DNA of 64,000 nucleotides from Girardia tigrina (lineage: Eukaryota). How positions within the stretch are numbered: position 1 is the first letter of the stretch; each line of letters begins with the position of its first letter. The notes beneath the pieces were generated by a model that made no database searches, was not told the origin of the DNA, and saw only the letters and a list, made by a program, of their open reading frames with translations. Where the stretch lies: positions 71,853 through 135,852 of the forward strand of contig MQRK01228128.1 in assembly GCA_001938485.1 (NCBI GenBank), in the 5' to 3' direction. Positions 51,368 through 64,000 of the stretch are shown in pieces. A program made the position numbers and the translations under genes.

Positions 51368-53305
51368 TTAAGTTAAAAGTAACATTTCTCTCTAAAAGCT
51401 TTTAGTAATGCCACATGAGCATGTTAATAATAAATCCGTGTAATGTACTCAATGTAGTAAATGAAACACGTAACTTTGTATACATTATAGTAATCTATCT
51501 TTAATGTAGTCCAAAAACAAACATCGTAGGTTTTGTAAATTGAAAGAGCACGTTTAATTAGGTAGGATAGTAAGGCACAAAAAGAGGTTATTTTTTATAG
51601 AAATCCAACAACTCAGCAGTTAGCTTAGCTTAACGACATTATACTAAAAGATTTTAAAAGTTTTCAGATTATCAAAATATAAACAGTCCATCAGCATTTG
51701 AGATCCAAACCTGAGCACCGACTTCAGTCATCTCAAATAAACCTCTAAGTACAACTAAATGGCATTACTTTACCTACTTTTTGAAGTCGTTTCGTAGGAA
51801 ATACAGCATAGACAACGTATCATCATTCATGGAAGCACAAATGTGGGTTACAAAGAGACCAGCGGTTGAAAATGCTCGTCCGCATTCGACAGAATTTGAT
51901 ATTATTTTCACTAATGCTAAAAACCCTTTTTAGTGCAGGTATTTTAAAAATGTCAACTGTTTTTGGAAAGCAAGTTCCTTACTCTCAGGGTCATTGATAC
52001 AGGCTATCAAATAAGCTTGAAATCGTTCTATAAGAGATATAGTTGATCAAGCTGCGGACGAAGAACTGGATGTAAAATAGATCATAAGTTTTCTTTAACT
52101 TTTGACGTATTTCAAGTTTTATCATTATATTTTTGACTCAAAACCTCATTTGGAAAACTATACATGTTTGAAAAACGATTTTTTTTAAAATTTTCAATTT
52201 ACATGAAAAAAATTAAAAAAATCAATTAAAAAAATAAAAATTATATTTTTTCAAAAAAATAATAATAATAAAATTTAAAAAAATGAAATTATAATGTTTT
52301 AATTTTTTTTAAATAAAAATCGGAAAAAAATTTATTTATTAAAAAAAATAAAAAAAAACAAATCGTATAATTATGTATAAAAATATATATGTATATATAC
52401 TCAAATAATTGCAAATATTGCCCATAATAAATTTTTAAAAGCAGGCATCTTCAGTCCCACCTCTAATGATGTACCATCAGTCTTCCCCTTAGGTATGCTA
52501 ATTTGTAACACTTCCTGTTTGCTAATGTTCAAGCGCTCTCCCACAGAAGTTATCAAATAATGAACGTTTGATTAGTTATATATTCCTTTTTATTACTGAC
52601 AAAAGATCCCGATTGAATGTCTTGTGTTTGATAGTATTTTCATTCATTACTCTGATATATTATCCATAATTTTTCTAGGCGCTCGAATAACAATTTTTGT
52701 TTTAATAAAACTTATTTTCTCTTTCAAAAAAAAAACAAAAAAAACACAAACAAAAACTGATTAGTTTTTCAATCAGGGGTAATAAAATAAAGGAAAACCC
52801 ATATATAATTTATTACTTCTGATTGAATTTAATGTGAATTTTATGAGAATTTGTATTTTTTGATTAATTTTATTTCTCTTTGCAAAATATCATTATTTAA
52901 TGAAGGTATTAATAAATATTTTAACTATTTCCAAAAGCAGATGACATTTTCTATATCCAAGACATAATGAGTATTAATTAAAACAAAAAAATATTTATTA
53001 AATAATGACATACATTATTTCTGGCTATACTTTATGTAAAATATTGAAAAAAATTGATTATTATTAATAATAATTATTATTAATATTATTCGATGAGTCG
53101 CCATAGATAAATTAGTAAAAAAAATAAATATTAATAAATAAATTAATATTTTTCTATTAATAAATTATTCTCTACAAAATTGTTGATGTTAATAATGAGA
53201 ATTTATTTATTTTATTAATTTATTTTTTTTATTATATGAAAACATTGATTTTTTAGGGAACTTTAGATTTTCCAATGATATTTTTTATTAACAAAAACTA
53301 AAGTA

Positions 53306-53461
53306 CCGTGATATTTCGAAAATAGGCGCATCCAAAAATAAGCGAAGGTCCGCTTATTTTAAGCTTTTGTAGCCAAAAATAAGTGCATTACACTCTCTTA
53401 TTCATACAGCACCAAATCTAACCGAAAAGAAATCCAATGAGTCATATGACTCATTATACGG
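53306..53461. mobile_element. pogo-like MITE remnant
   Basis: TA|CCGT...ACGG|TA termini and repeated AAAATAAGCG/TG sites. Confidence 0.45.
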
Positions 53462-54410
53462 TAACAATTAACGTGATAATATTTATTTTTGAAAATCCCG
53501 GTATCATTTAGCTTTTATTAAATATATATTAATGTCATGTATTTTAGGGTTGACCAAAATTTTATGTTTTTTCTACTAAATAAAGATTTTATTTTTTAAA
53601 TATTTTAATTATTTAAGATTTTATCTACATGTGAAACACACTATTTTGAATTACTCCATAATAATACTTTGTAATAGATCGTTTATAAAATTGTTTTAAA
53701 ACATTATATAAAACTTAGAAATTCAAGTCATTTTACGAATTTTTCGGAAACAAGGCTTCAATGAAGAGACACTAACAGAGAAGATATAGAAAGTTTAAGT
53801 TGCAAATTGGTCTAAGATCACACTACAAGAATGTGGATTAGTAAATCAACAATGGCTGGTTCAGGTCGATCTTCAGCAATCCATGAAAAACTTTTTACTT
53901 TCAAAATGAGAATAGTAACTTTCATAATGAGAATAATGATTATGATAGAACAGTAAATGATAATCATATTAATTTTTTTTTATTAATTGTTAATATCAAT
54001 TTCATTAACATTTAATAAGTATTACAGCTATAAATCCGGTAACAATCACTAAAATCTCCGACCAGAATCAATAGCATTTTGTTTTCCTAACTAAACATTC
54101 CTCAAACTTGAATTATCCGGAATCTTCACAATCTAGGAATAGTCAAAAGGCATTGTTTTATGCTAAATTAACTTAAATTCAAACTGGAAGACGTTGAGTG
54201 ACCTGCCAAAAGTGGTGCTCATTATTGTTTGTGACAAAATTTGGATATATATTACCAATCCAGACAATGAAAATCAATATTATACCTCAGACAAAGAGTG
54301 GATCAGGTTACAAAACATAATCGATTCTCAATAAAGACCATTTTATGTGCCTTTTGGAATTTCAAAGGCGTCAAAAACGTCTCTTCAAACTAATTTCAAA
54401 TTTTCAAACT

Positions 54411-54853
54411 TGTGAGGAATATTGGATGCGTGGATGTTTTTGTGTAGTGTTTGCATGTTTAAATGTTGTATGTTGATTTGGGATTGTGCCTCTCCTAACC
54501 AGATGGATTATCAATATTTATTTTCTTATAATCTGAAACTAACTTATTTAAATTTAGATTTAATATTCAAATTTTTAATTTTTATTCTTGCAACTTTTAA
54601 ATAATTTTATTGATTTTATTTTTGTAAATTTGTAAATAATTAAAATCAAATTAATGTTTAAAAATGACTATAGAAATATTTTATTTAAGCCAATAAAATT
54701 TAAATTAAATATTTTTAAATAAAATAATCTTCTCAAGTATAGTTCAGATTATAATGGGAGATATTGAAAATTGATTGATGGATCTAAGTGATAAAGATGA
54801 TAAGAAATGTGAATGTAATAAATGTTCTGTCAAATGTGTGAGTTCTCTTAACA
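54411..54853 (+). mobile_element. Intact solo LTR (443 bp) in Ski intron 1
   Basis: TGTGAGG...CTCTTAACA, perfect 5-bp TSD AAACT and AATAAA near the 3' end. Confidence 0.9.
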
Positions 54854-56519
54854 AAACTTTCAACAGCAACTTGTTTTTCGCTTAACTTGATCAAAGCTAT
54901 CGGACTTTTTACTTTGAATTTAAAATGTATCTAGCAGTAACATTGTATTTAAAGTTATGTCCCGAAATATTAGAATGTTTGACGGTCTTTAAAAAGAATA
55001 TTTTTTGCTTAGTAATATTATAATAAAAAATATAAATCATAATAATATAAAATTCTGAAAATTTTCTAATGAGAATTAATTAACATACATGTGGTGGATG
55101 TAATCCCAAACGTAATTTGCCTAAGGTTATCAAATTTAATCTTAGCAACATTGCGTTTAGAAAAGACGTGAAAAACTTATTGAGAAAGAATATTTTTATC
55201 AATTCCAAGTAAAAGAAATTAGTGAGACAATTAATTGAAGATTCATATTGGATTTCACATACTTATTACTGGATGCTATTTTCTGCCCCCCGGCCCATTG
55301 TTGGTTCGCGGTAGCTGCCCTCGCCGGGGATGCCGCTCAGTGCTGAAAACGCAAATATGAAAAATATCATATTTAATTATAGCCTATCAGGTGTCGATCT
55401 TTCCTGATTGATGGTTACGCTGTCCCCACAGATTCGGTTGTTTCTTCACGTTTGAGAAATCTTATTTACATCTCATATNNNNNNNNNNNNNNNNNNNNNN
55501 NNNNNNNNNNNNNNNNNNNNNNNNNNNNNNNNNNNNNNNNNNNNNNNNNNNNNNNNNNNNNNNNNNNNNNNNNNNNNNNNNNNNNNNNNNNNNNNNNNNN
55601 NNNNNNNNNNNNNNNNNNNNNNNNNNNNNNNNNNNNNNNNNNNNNNNNNNNNNNNNNNNNNNNNNNNNNNNNNNNNNNTTACCTTTTAATAAAAAAACTT
55701 TAATTTATTATTTTTTTGTCATTTATGTATTTAGATCTTTTAAAAGTTTAATATAAAAACTTTTAGTCCTATTTTCATAAAATAATTTTTACTTCACAAA
55801 CGAAAGAATCAATAATATATTTTGAATTTCATTAAATTATTTTTATTATTGATTTTTTAACAACCAAAATTATTGGTCTTTGATTGGTCAAAATTAGTAA
55901 ATATTACTTTATAAATTGTAACAATCCGTCAAATATTGCTAGCGTAGAATTATTTTATATAATTCTGGTGAAATATTTTCAATTTATATAAAATTATATT
56001 AAAAATTATTCTAGATTTATTTACATATCTTTTAATATTTTCTAATTAAAATAATTAATAATTATTCAATTTTTTTTAAATTAAATTTTGTATACATAAA
56101 TACATATTATTTTCAGAATAAATTACATTTAAAATTAAAATTAAACTATGTTTCTGTTGTTAATACTTTTATAAATGTTGAATAAAACATGTCCAAAAAA
56201 TAATTCTTTCCAAAAAGAATGTTTAGAAAATAATGGTTGAAAATTATTTATTTACCATTTTTTCTTCTTTACGATTTTAAAGAAATTAAAACGATCAGGA
56301 AATTTATTTTTCACGAAAATTTAATATGGAAATTTACCAAAATCCTTTTTCCGTTCAATTATGAACTTTCCGTTCGGCTGTTAGTTAAAGTAAAAGTATT
56401 TCTTTTTATGAATAATCATATTTATAATAATATTATTAATATCCAAAACTTTTATTTAATTAAAAAAAAACAAATAATAATAAAGAAATATTATATATAT
56501 ATGAGGCTATTAAACTGAA

Positions 56520-57460
56520 GTATTTAGAAAGAGTACAGAATCGGGATTCCTCATCACTTCCTGTGATTCCAAGTACAATAAAAATAGGGTTAAAGATTAA
56601 TACACAGAATTTGGAATTTATCATCTAATTATAATTCTATGGAAAACAACTTTGTTGATCTTAAAAGTAGGTTCAACAAGAATAATGAAAAATATTTAAA
56701 TAAATTTATAAAAAATACAATTGATTCAATTCAATTGAAGTCAAATAATATGAAAACATAATAAATAAATGTACTCTTTGTCTGTCGGGGCAAGAGACTT
56801 GAAAAATGTTTAGTAAAAATAATTCCTCCTGGTCTTAACTCCCTTATAAATAACATTACATTTAGTCTTTAAGCTAATCTAGTTTATCAATTTGAATGTC
56901 CAAATGTAAATCCTTGCACAATGAAGAAACTAATCTTCAGGTCCGTACTAGAATTGCTAAACATACTCAATCGAGTAGAAACAGCTCTATTTTTGATCAC
57001 ATTAAAAAATGTAAAAATACAGAGAAGGTTAACTAGGAGTATGAATTTTCAGTATTAAGGACATTAATTGAATTTTCAATACATTTATGGATGTCACAAC
57101 TTGAATTACTGCTATGACAACTCTCCACAAAACTTGCGTAGCAAGTGATCCTTCTTTATTGATATTTTTTAATTCTATTTCTAAACATTTTATTATTCAA
57201 ATAAATTTAAATTAAAATTTTTATACAATTCGATTACAAAATAATTTATAATTTAAATTTTAATAATTGATTGAATAATCCGACGTTTTAAAATATCAAT
57301 CTTCCATCTGGGTTCGAGAAACACAATCCTAAAACAACATACCAAACAATATACAATAAAAAAAATTCAAAAATATTCCTCGTATTCAGTATTTAACACA
57401 AATTTCAAAACATATCATTAGAGGATGGTCACTGAAACATTATTAATAAAGCATTGAAAA
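56520..57460 (+). mobile_element. Penelope GIY-YIG remnant interrupted by a minus-strand LTR piece (ends 57384)
   Basis: VYQFECP...TRIAKHTQSSRNS..DHIKKC, and LTR motif CCATCTGGGT..GAGA...AATATTCCTCGTA. Confidence 0.65.
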
Positions 57461-58422
57461 CCATGCTTAAATGTCAAAAGTGAGTTGTCCAAAAGAAATT
57501 TATAAATTGCGTAATAGTGCAATATAAATCATTAGTTTTCTGAAATAACCTCACAACTGACGATGCCGTAATCACGAAATTTGTGTTGCCCTCGAATAAA
57601 AATTAAAGAAATGACGTCTTTTATTTTCTGTGTTTATTACGTTTCCATTGACATTAAATAATTATATATATATATATATATATGTATATATAAGATAAAA
57701 AAATTTAATTTACTAAATATATTTTTTTCCATTTTTATCGCAAAATTTATTGACTCTAGCTTTTTAATTGAATTTAAAAATACAAGAATTAAAAACGTAG
57801 ATTTCTTTTTATCTTTTCCTATAGATTTGAGAGTGATGTCGACGAAACAGAGTCAATATCATGTCATTTCACACAGTTCGACTATCTTTATGAATTATTT
57901 ATTGATATAAAAATACGATTAGCATTATCGTTTCAATGTTACAATTATAATAAAAAGTGGGGTAAGATATTCAGCTGAGAGGAAAAGGATGTCAATGCAG
58001 TGGCAGTCGTACGAGATGACACAGCTTCTCCCTACTGCCTGAATCGTTGGTAATGGTACTTACTTATTCATTGTAGAAAGATATTATCAGCTAACAATGC
58101 AAAAATATAATTCAGAAATCAACGTTGATTATTCTACTAATTATATAAACAAATATCTTTCAGTTCATTAAAACAAAATTGTTGAAGTGTCAAGAACAAC
58201 GAAATGAAATTGAATTTTCAATTTAATCTATTAAATTAAATTTATTTTGCTCTTTTTTTAAAGAAAATAATTCTTTACTCTTTCTTTTGTCATCTCGTTA
58301 ATTTTCAATAAATATATATCTAAAGTTAATTCAAAAATATCGATTTATTTTATTTATATTTTTTTATATTATATTTTTAAATTTTTGTAAAAAATTTGAC
58401 AGAAGAGAAAAAAAATGTTTAC

Positions 58423-58718
58423 TTTTTATCGCCGATTAAATCGAGAACCTGAGGGAAACAAAGTAGTTTTTCCCCACCGCTCTCGAAGCAGGCTACTTGG
58501 TGGTTCTGAAGGATCGTGAAGCCGAAAGAGTCGAGCTCACAATCTTCCCGATCTTGGTAATACTCCAATCCGTCGAACTCGTCGTTGAAATTCATGTCTG
58601 TCTGGCTGTCTTTGTCGTTGGTTTCCGAGCATGTGTCCGCCAACTGTCTCGTTTTAAGTCTGTCTAAATTGACAATCAAACTCCCAAACCAAGCATCGTT
58701 TATTTGGCGAAATCTCAT
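58423..58718 (-). CDS. ski: Ski/Sno family co-repressor, coding exon 1 (start of Dachshund-homology domain)
   Basis: Translation ends ...VACFESGGEKLLCFPQVLDLIGDK, matching the Ski/Sno DHD start (GEKRLCLPQ). GT donor (AA|GTAAAC) at 58422, phase 2, joins exon 2 in frame. Confidence 0.9.
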
Positions 58719-58785
58719 TGATCGTTGTTTAACTAAATAACAAAGACGCTAAAAAAGCACTTATTAAACTATATCTACTGTCTCA

Positions 58786-58875
58786 AATGACCAATCAGAA
58801 TCAACGGAAATCTGGGATACAAATATAACACAGATTCATTATATTATATTCTCCTTTGATTGATTGCCCAATCTT
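58786..58875 (-). promoter_or_regulatory. Candidate Ski proximal promoter with CCAAT boxes
   Basis: TGACCAATCAG (~58788) and CCCAATC (~58867) lie 70-150 bp upstream of the Ski ATG. Confidence 0.3.
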
Positions 58876-59204
58876 GTCAGCATATTCGATGGTTGGAAAC
58901 GTTTCGCGTTTCGCTATTTCCTTAGGCAAATTGCTTTCAGAAAAAAATGATATCAAAATATGTGTACTATTGTGACTGTATCAGACTGAAAACAATTGTT
59001 GGTTTTGTTTGAATTTATCATATTTTGTCAATAAGTACTTGAGTATCGTGTCTGGAGGATGTAAGAAGTACAGAAAAGACATTAAATGATTAACTAAATT
59101 TAGTGTTCATAACTTTATTTTTATTTTATTAACCTTATTATTGTTTTATTGAAATGATTATCAAGGAAAACATTCAATAATTACATACTCATTATTTCTC
59201 TCCC

Positions 59205-59335
59205 TTTTGGACCTCAACCGTTTGGCCGTGAATGCACCCCCAATTATCAACAAACCTTTATCATGGCTTTCTTTTTGCAGCCGCTCTTCACAAAGCTTCC
59301 ATGTTTGTGGGGTCCACATTCTTTTAAGTCGTATC
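59205..59335 (-). mobile_element. Short RTE 3'-end fragment (another at ~60310-60360)
   Basis: Homologous to 5420-5540 (GACCTTAGCCGTTGGGCC...CCCAATTAT). Confidence 0.7.
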
Positions 59336-61868
59336 AGTGTCTTTTAATATTGTTCAAACTATTAGAAAACGTTTAATCCTATTGAACAGGTAAAGACAAT
59401 GATTCATATCACTAATTTCGCAAATTAAGGCTTCCGTCATGACCAAACTAAAATTCTCTTGAATGGCACATGTAAGGAAAAATACAAATCAGTTATAAAA
59501 TTTATTAAGCTCACAATCTTCAAACAACGTGCGTTAATTTCTAAATATTCAAACAAATATATCCTTTATCTTTTTTAATATTTTTTAATATATCTATATA
59601 TTTTGATTTACATTATAATCGAAGAGTTTTCATAAGTATACTAGAAAAAGACCCTTCACATATGACTGCATTTTTGAATTTGAAAGTTTCTGTTTTAATT
59701 TCTAAATCGTAATTATTATAATTTATTACTAATTCTTTGTTGATTTAACATTCAGTCAGTTAAATCGGCTCCCGGGGCCTTTCGGCAAAGACACTGTACA
59801 GATAGAACCATCTCGATGCAGGCTATACAGTGCGATCTCAACTTGACGTGGATTCACTCACTGTTCCTCCACTTTTTCGCATTTCATCAGCATATGTATG
59901 ATCATAGTAAAATTTAAGCTTGACCAACAAACCGTGAATCAAATGATAACGAAATTTTGCAAATTTAACCTAAATTGATTTCTAGAAATATAATTAGTAA
60001 ATAAGTGATATAAATAGCCATTTAGTACTTCAATAAAAGTTTTCACGAAATTCTTTGTAGAAATCATCAAAATCGACATTATTTGAAAGCGGTGTTAATT
60101 TAACCATTTAACAACTTGTAGGGTTTTTGATCGATTTCATCGCTTTCCAAGCGTTTTTCGGCCAAGGCGCTGCACCGACAGAATTGTATAGACGCGAACT
60201 ATCCAAATTATCCACGCACATAAGTGGATTCACTCCGGTTCATCCGCACTTTTACATTGAGAAGCGTGACAGACAAACAAAAAAAACTTTTTAGACAAAT
60301 AATTTTTTGGACCTTAGCCGTTGGGCCATGGACGTACCCAATTATGCACAAGCCTTATAGCTTTGTTTTTGAATTTTTTTAGTGTGTCTGTAGGCAAATA
60401 ACCTGGTGGCATCCATCTCCTTTTCAGTTTAATTAGTTATTTTAATTTCGTTAATTTGTCAATTGTTACTAACTTATAAATTACAAGTCAAGTTGACCAG
60501 GAAAATCCACTACAATGTCTTGGTTAAAATTGATGGCAAGAATACAATGCTCCATTTATACAAAAATATATTTACACAATTACAACCAATTACTGATATT
60601 ATACAACTTTTATCAAATTGACTATCGATATTTGACTTCGGATTTTCCGTTTAAATTTCACTAACACAATAAATTTGATCTTGTTGAAATCAGCAACTTA
60701 TTTTGAATCGATAATCTCGATCGTAGTTCTGCAGCGAAACGATTTGAAAATTATTTGATGTCCGAATATTCTGTTACAATTTCTTCTTGCTTTTAACACG
60801 ACGCACGTTCTGCAAAATGTGTCATTTAAATAAACTTTTTCAAACTTAACATTTTAATTTTGTATTATCTAAAATTTTATTACTTTTATTAATTGAGAAA
60901 CTTAATTTTTAAGTTTTCCTAATGTTAAACCGGACGTTTAAATTTTAATCTATTTTTCTTTAATTTAATGTTTTATTCAATTTCTTTAATAAAATTTAAT
61001 TTACTATATTTAATTTATTTCTTTTATAATCTCATTAATGTTAATGTAAATAACCGCTTCTTAACTTATTCGAACTCACAAATTTTCCTTTAAACAAATT
61101 ACCATCCGTAACACCGAACAGTCGTAAACTTGAAGAACATAATCAAGACTACCCACGTTAAAACAATGGGAAATCTCGAAAGGATATTTGTATTTTTTAC
61201 ATCTACTGTTGCAGTTTGACCCTTCTCGAGAACTTCAAACATTCTAATGAGGGTAAAAATAAACTTTCTCATCTTTTGTAAAACATTAGCGCTAAATCTT
61301 CACTCTGCTTCTGTGGTTCTTTTTTACGACGTAACGAATTTAGTGTGAGATACAATGGTGACCATTCCAAACAATTACTCAGAATCTCCGCTCATTGAAC
61401 ATTTACATAATACATGGAATTGACTTTCGTTGTTAAAATATATTTCAATTTTGATTTATGTTCTTACTTTTTTAATGTTGAAAATCCGACAGAAAATCGC
61501 GAACACACTGTATAAAATAAGTATACCGAATCAGACATTTTATGGAGAAGAGACCTTTCTTATGGAATTAAAAAAACATTTAAATTTAACTTTTCTTTCA
61601 TTTCTTTTCTTTCAAAATCATTTATCATTTTGTACATTTGATGAGAAAATTATTTATAAAAATAAAATAAATGAAGTTTTTAATCTCGTTCTCCCACTTT
61701 CATATGCTAAAAAAGGAATACGTTAACTAATCTGTTCGATTTGAATGTGTTCTCTCAGATGAACTCATGGTACTTATTTTAATTAAATTATTATTTAATT
61801 AAAATTTTGTAATGAAAAAGTCATAATTTGTCATATTTAATACCTAATGATTTGTTAATGCATACATA

Positions 61869-62710
61869 CAGGGTTGTCAACTAAGTTTTTTCCGAAAATA
61901 ACCAAAACTATCAAATATAATGTCCAATCATTTATCATCATCAGCCAATTGTTTAAAATAGCAGCCATTATTGACAATGCAACGTTGCCAACGTCCTGGC
62001 AACTTATTGATACCATTATCGAAGAAGGATCCGGCCTTGGTGCTCAACCACTCCTGAAGTTTCTCCTGAACCTCCTCAGAAGATACACAGTTCTGACCTT
62101 TCAAAGCTCCTTTCATTGGTGAAAATAGATAGTAGTCTGAAGGAGTCAGATCCTTGGCGAGGTAATGTTTGTTCATTTTCATGAGATTCTGAAGCACTGC
62201 GTCGTGGCTAATTCCAATTTCTTGGTCAATGAATCTCGTTGTGGCAAATTTTTTCCCTCTGGAATTCGTTCTTTATCTTCAGCCACTTCATAAGAAGGTC
62301 GCCCACTGCGAACTTTTTCATTTACCTCGAAGTTACCGTTCTCGAATTTCTTTACACAGTTGGACGTAGTTAATCATTCTTCCAGTGTGTTGTTTATCTC
62401 TTTTGCAATGTCTACAGCTGATAATTTACGCTTCCAACAATAGAAAATAAGCTTTGTCACGTCTTCTCTGTTGAAATTCATAGTTTACTTTGAAAGATGG
62501 CAAAATAATGTAATATCGTATTACTCTTGCATTTATTATTGCATCAAATTATTGCACTTTTATTATGTAAATTGAAATAAATATTAATAAACTTTTGATA
62601 GTTATAATGTGTATTAATCATACAATATGCACACTAAATTTGGATTTCTTAGCGGTCATAGATCTCCAGATACAACCACAAATGCATTGGAAAAAACTTA
62701 GTTGACAACC

Positions 62711-62713
<3 letters not shown>
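61869..62713 (-). mobile_element. Internally deleted mariner element
   Basis: Perfect 25-bp TIR CAGGGTTGTCAACTAAGTTTTTTCC and TA TSD. RSGRP and DLTPSDYYLF...FFDNGINKLPGRWQRC are present but the central catalytic region is missing. Confidence 0.92.
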
Positions 62714-62756
<43 letters not shown>

Positions 62757-64000
62757 CTCACGAAATATATAAATCTAAAAATTGATTTCAATGACATGGA
62801 TGACATTTTTTAAAGTAATTCAGCATCAACATAATTAAAGTTCTTCCGAAGACGATAATATAAGTATCAACGAAGAAACGAAATGATGAAATAAAAGGTG
62901 AAGATGATGAAGAAATAGTACCTTTGAAAGTAGTAACGTTTATGGTTATTGTAGTAACCCTACCACGATTTATTAACATTCATATATTTATATTATAATG
63001 TTTTAATTTAACCATTATTATTATATTATCATTACTATTTTATATTTCATACGTTTATTACAATTAAACATTATTGTATTTATGTTATTATTGTATCATA
63101 ATAATTACCCCATGGTTTAATGTAAATGGGATAAAATTAAATTCAAAAAATTAAAAATTAAAAAGATTGATTTTCTTTAATAATAAATCACAAATTTTAA
63201 TAACAAATTAAAATTATTATTAAATTATCTCGACCGAACTATTTTTCGCCAACCTATCTCAAGTTTCATACAAAATTGTTTCGTCGGTACAATTCAATAA
63301 ATTATTTGAAAAGAATTAAATCAGAGACGAAAATATTACTTTTACGAAAAAATTCCTCTATTCTAAAAAGAAAATAAACAAATACTAAATAAACAAGGCA
63401 TAACGTAAAAAATACTATCCGACAATAAACCATCCTATCAAAGACCTATTTGTCAAAGACAACAACCATTCAATTACCACAAATATATTTTACGATTAAA
63501 CCGAACTAAAAGATTAAGTAACATTATTAATTTGTTGACTTCAATCTTCTACAAACTTGTTTCTTGTTTCGCGTGATCTAAGACCGATTCATCTTCTTTT
63601 TAATCCTTCCATTATAATCGTTAATAATTTGTTGGATATATTTATGACATACATTTAAAAAAATTAAAGCTATTTATTCACTAATAATTCAAGGTTAAAT
63701 TTACACAGGGATATTATATATAAAAATTATATATTTTGATCAATCAATACCATTTTACTTATTGATATATACCATTTAACACTCTTGATGTAAATCAATA
63801 CAGATAACCTATACAAAAAAATCCATACAAATTAATCACTCTAGACAAATTAATTTCAACATTATAAATCTCGTGAGTAAATAATATCATCCTACACATT
63901 TTTATATAACATATACCTTACTATATATAACATATACCTTATTATATTATATTAGATTATTATATTATATTAGATTCAAGCATTTATTATCGGCACAATG

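Noticed and set aside
54422-54604. Repeated small ORF (also the tail of ORF 5235-6143)
   Set aside because: It is a chance frame within the solo LTR, not a gene family.
55285-55360. HDV-like ribozyme (CTG-CCCTCGC-CGG resembles P3/L3)
   Set aside because: Complementary P1 and P2 partners could not be found.

Overview
Very AT-rich eukaryotic (animal) genomic DNA with assembly gaps next to (TA)n tracts. Composition and repeat content resemble a freshwater flatworm (planarian), but that is an inference. One host gene is clearly supported: a minus-strand, intron-containing Ski/Sno-family transcriptional co-repressor. Four exons join in phase through GT-AG introns (58718-58423, 48649-48086, 47813-47710, 47320/47317-47148), and a fifth is possible at 46058-45921. 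A GC3-rich 81-codon ORF at 30463-30708 may be a second gene. Almost everything else is nested, mostly decayed transposable elements: Penelope-like fragments (two ending in minimal hammerhead-ribozyme motifs), RTE-type LINEs (one with three C-terminal C2H2 fingers), two Ty3/Gypsy pol fragments, about 10 copies of one TG...CA solo-LTR family with 5-bp TSDs, full-length Tigger/pogo, mariner and hAT elements, several MITEs and a Polinton pPolB fragment. No clearly new biological system is evident. The best leads are the hammerhead motifs (one sense-oriented in Ski intron 1), a three-copy repeat with an invariant 50-nt core, the TGA-C terminated small ORF, and a phased RFX X-box array.
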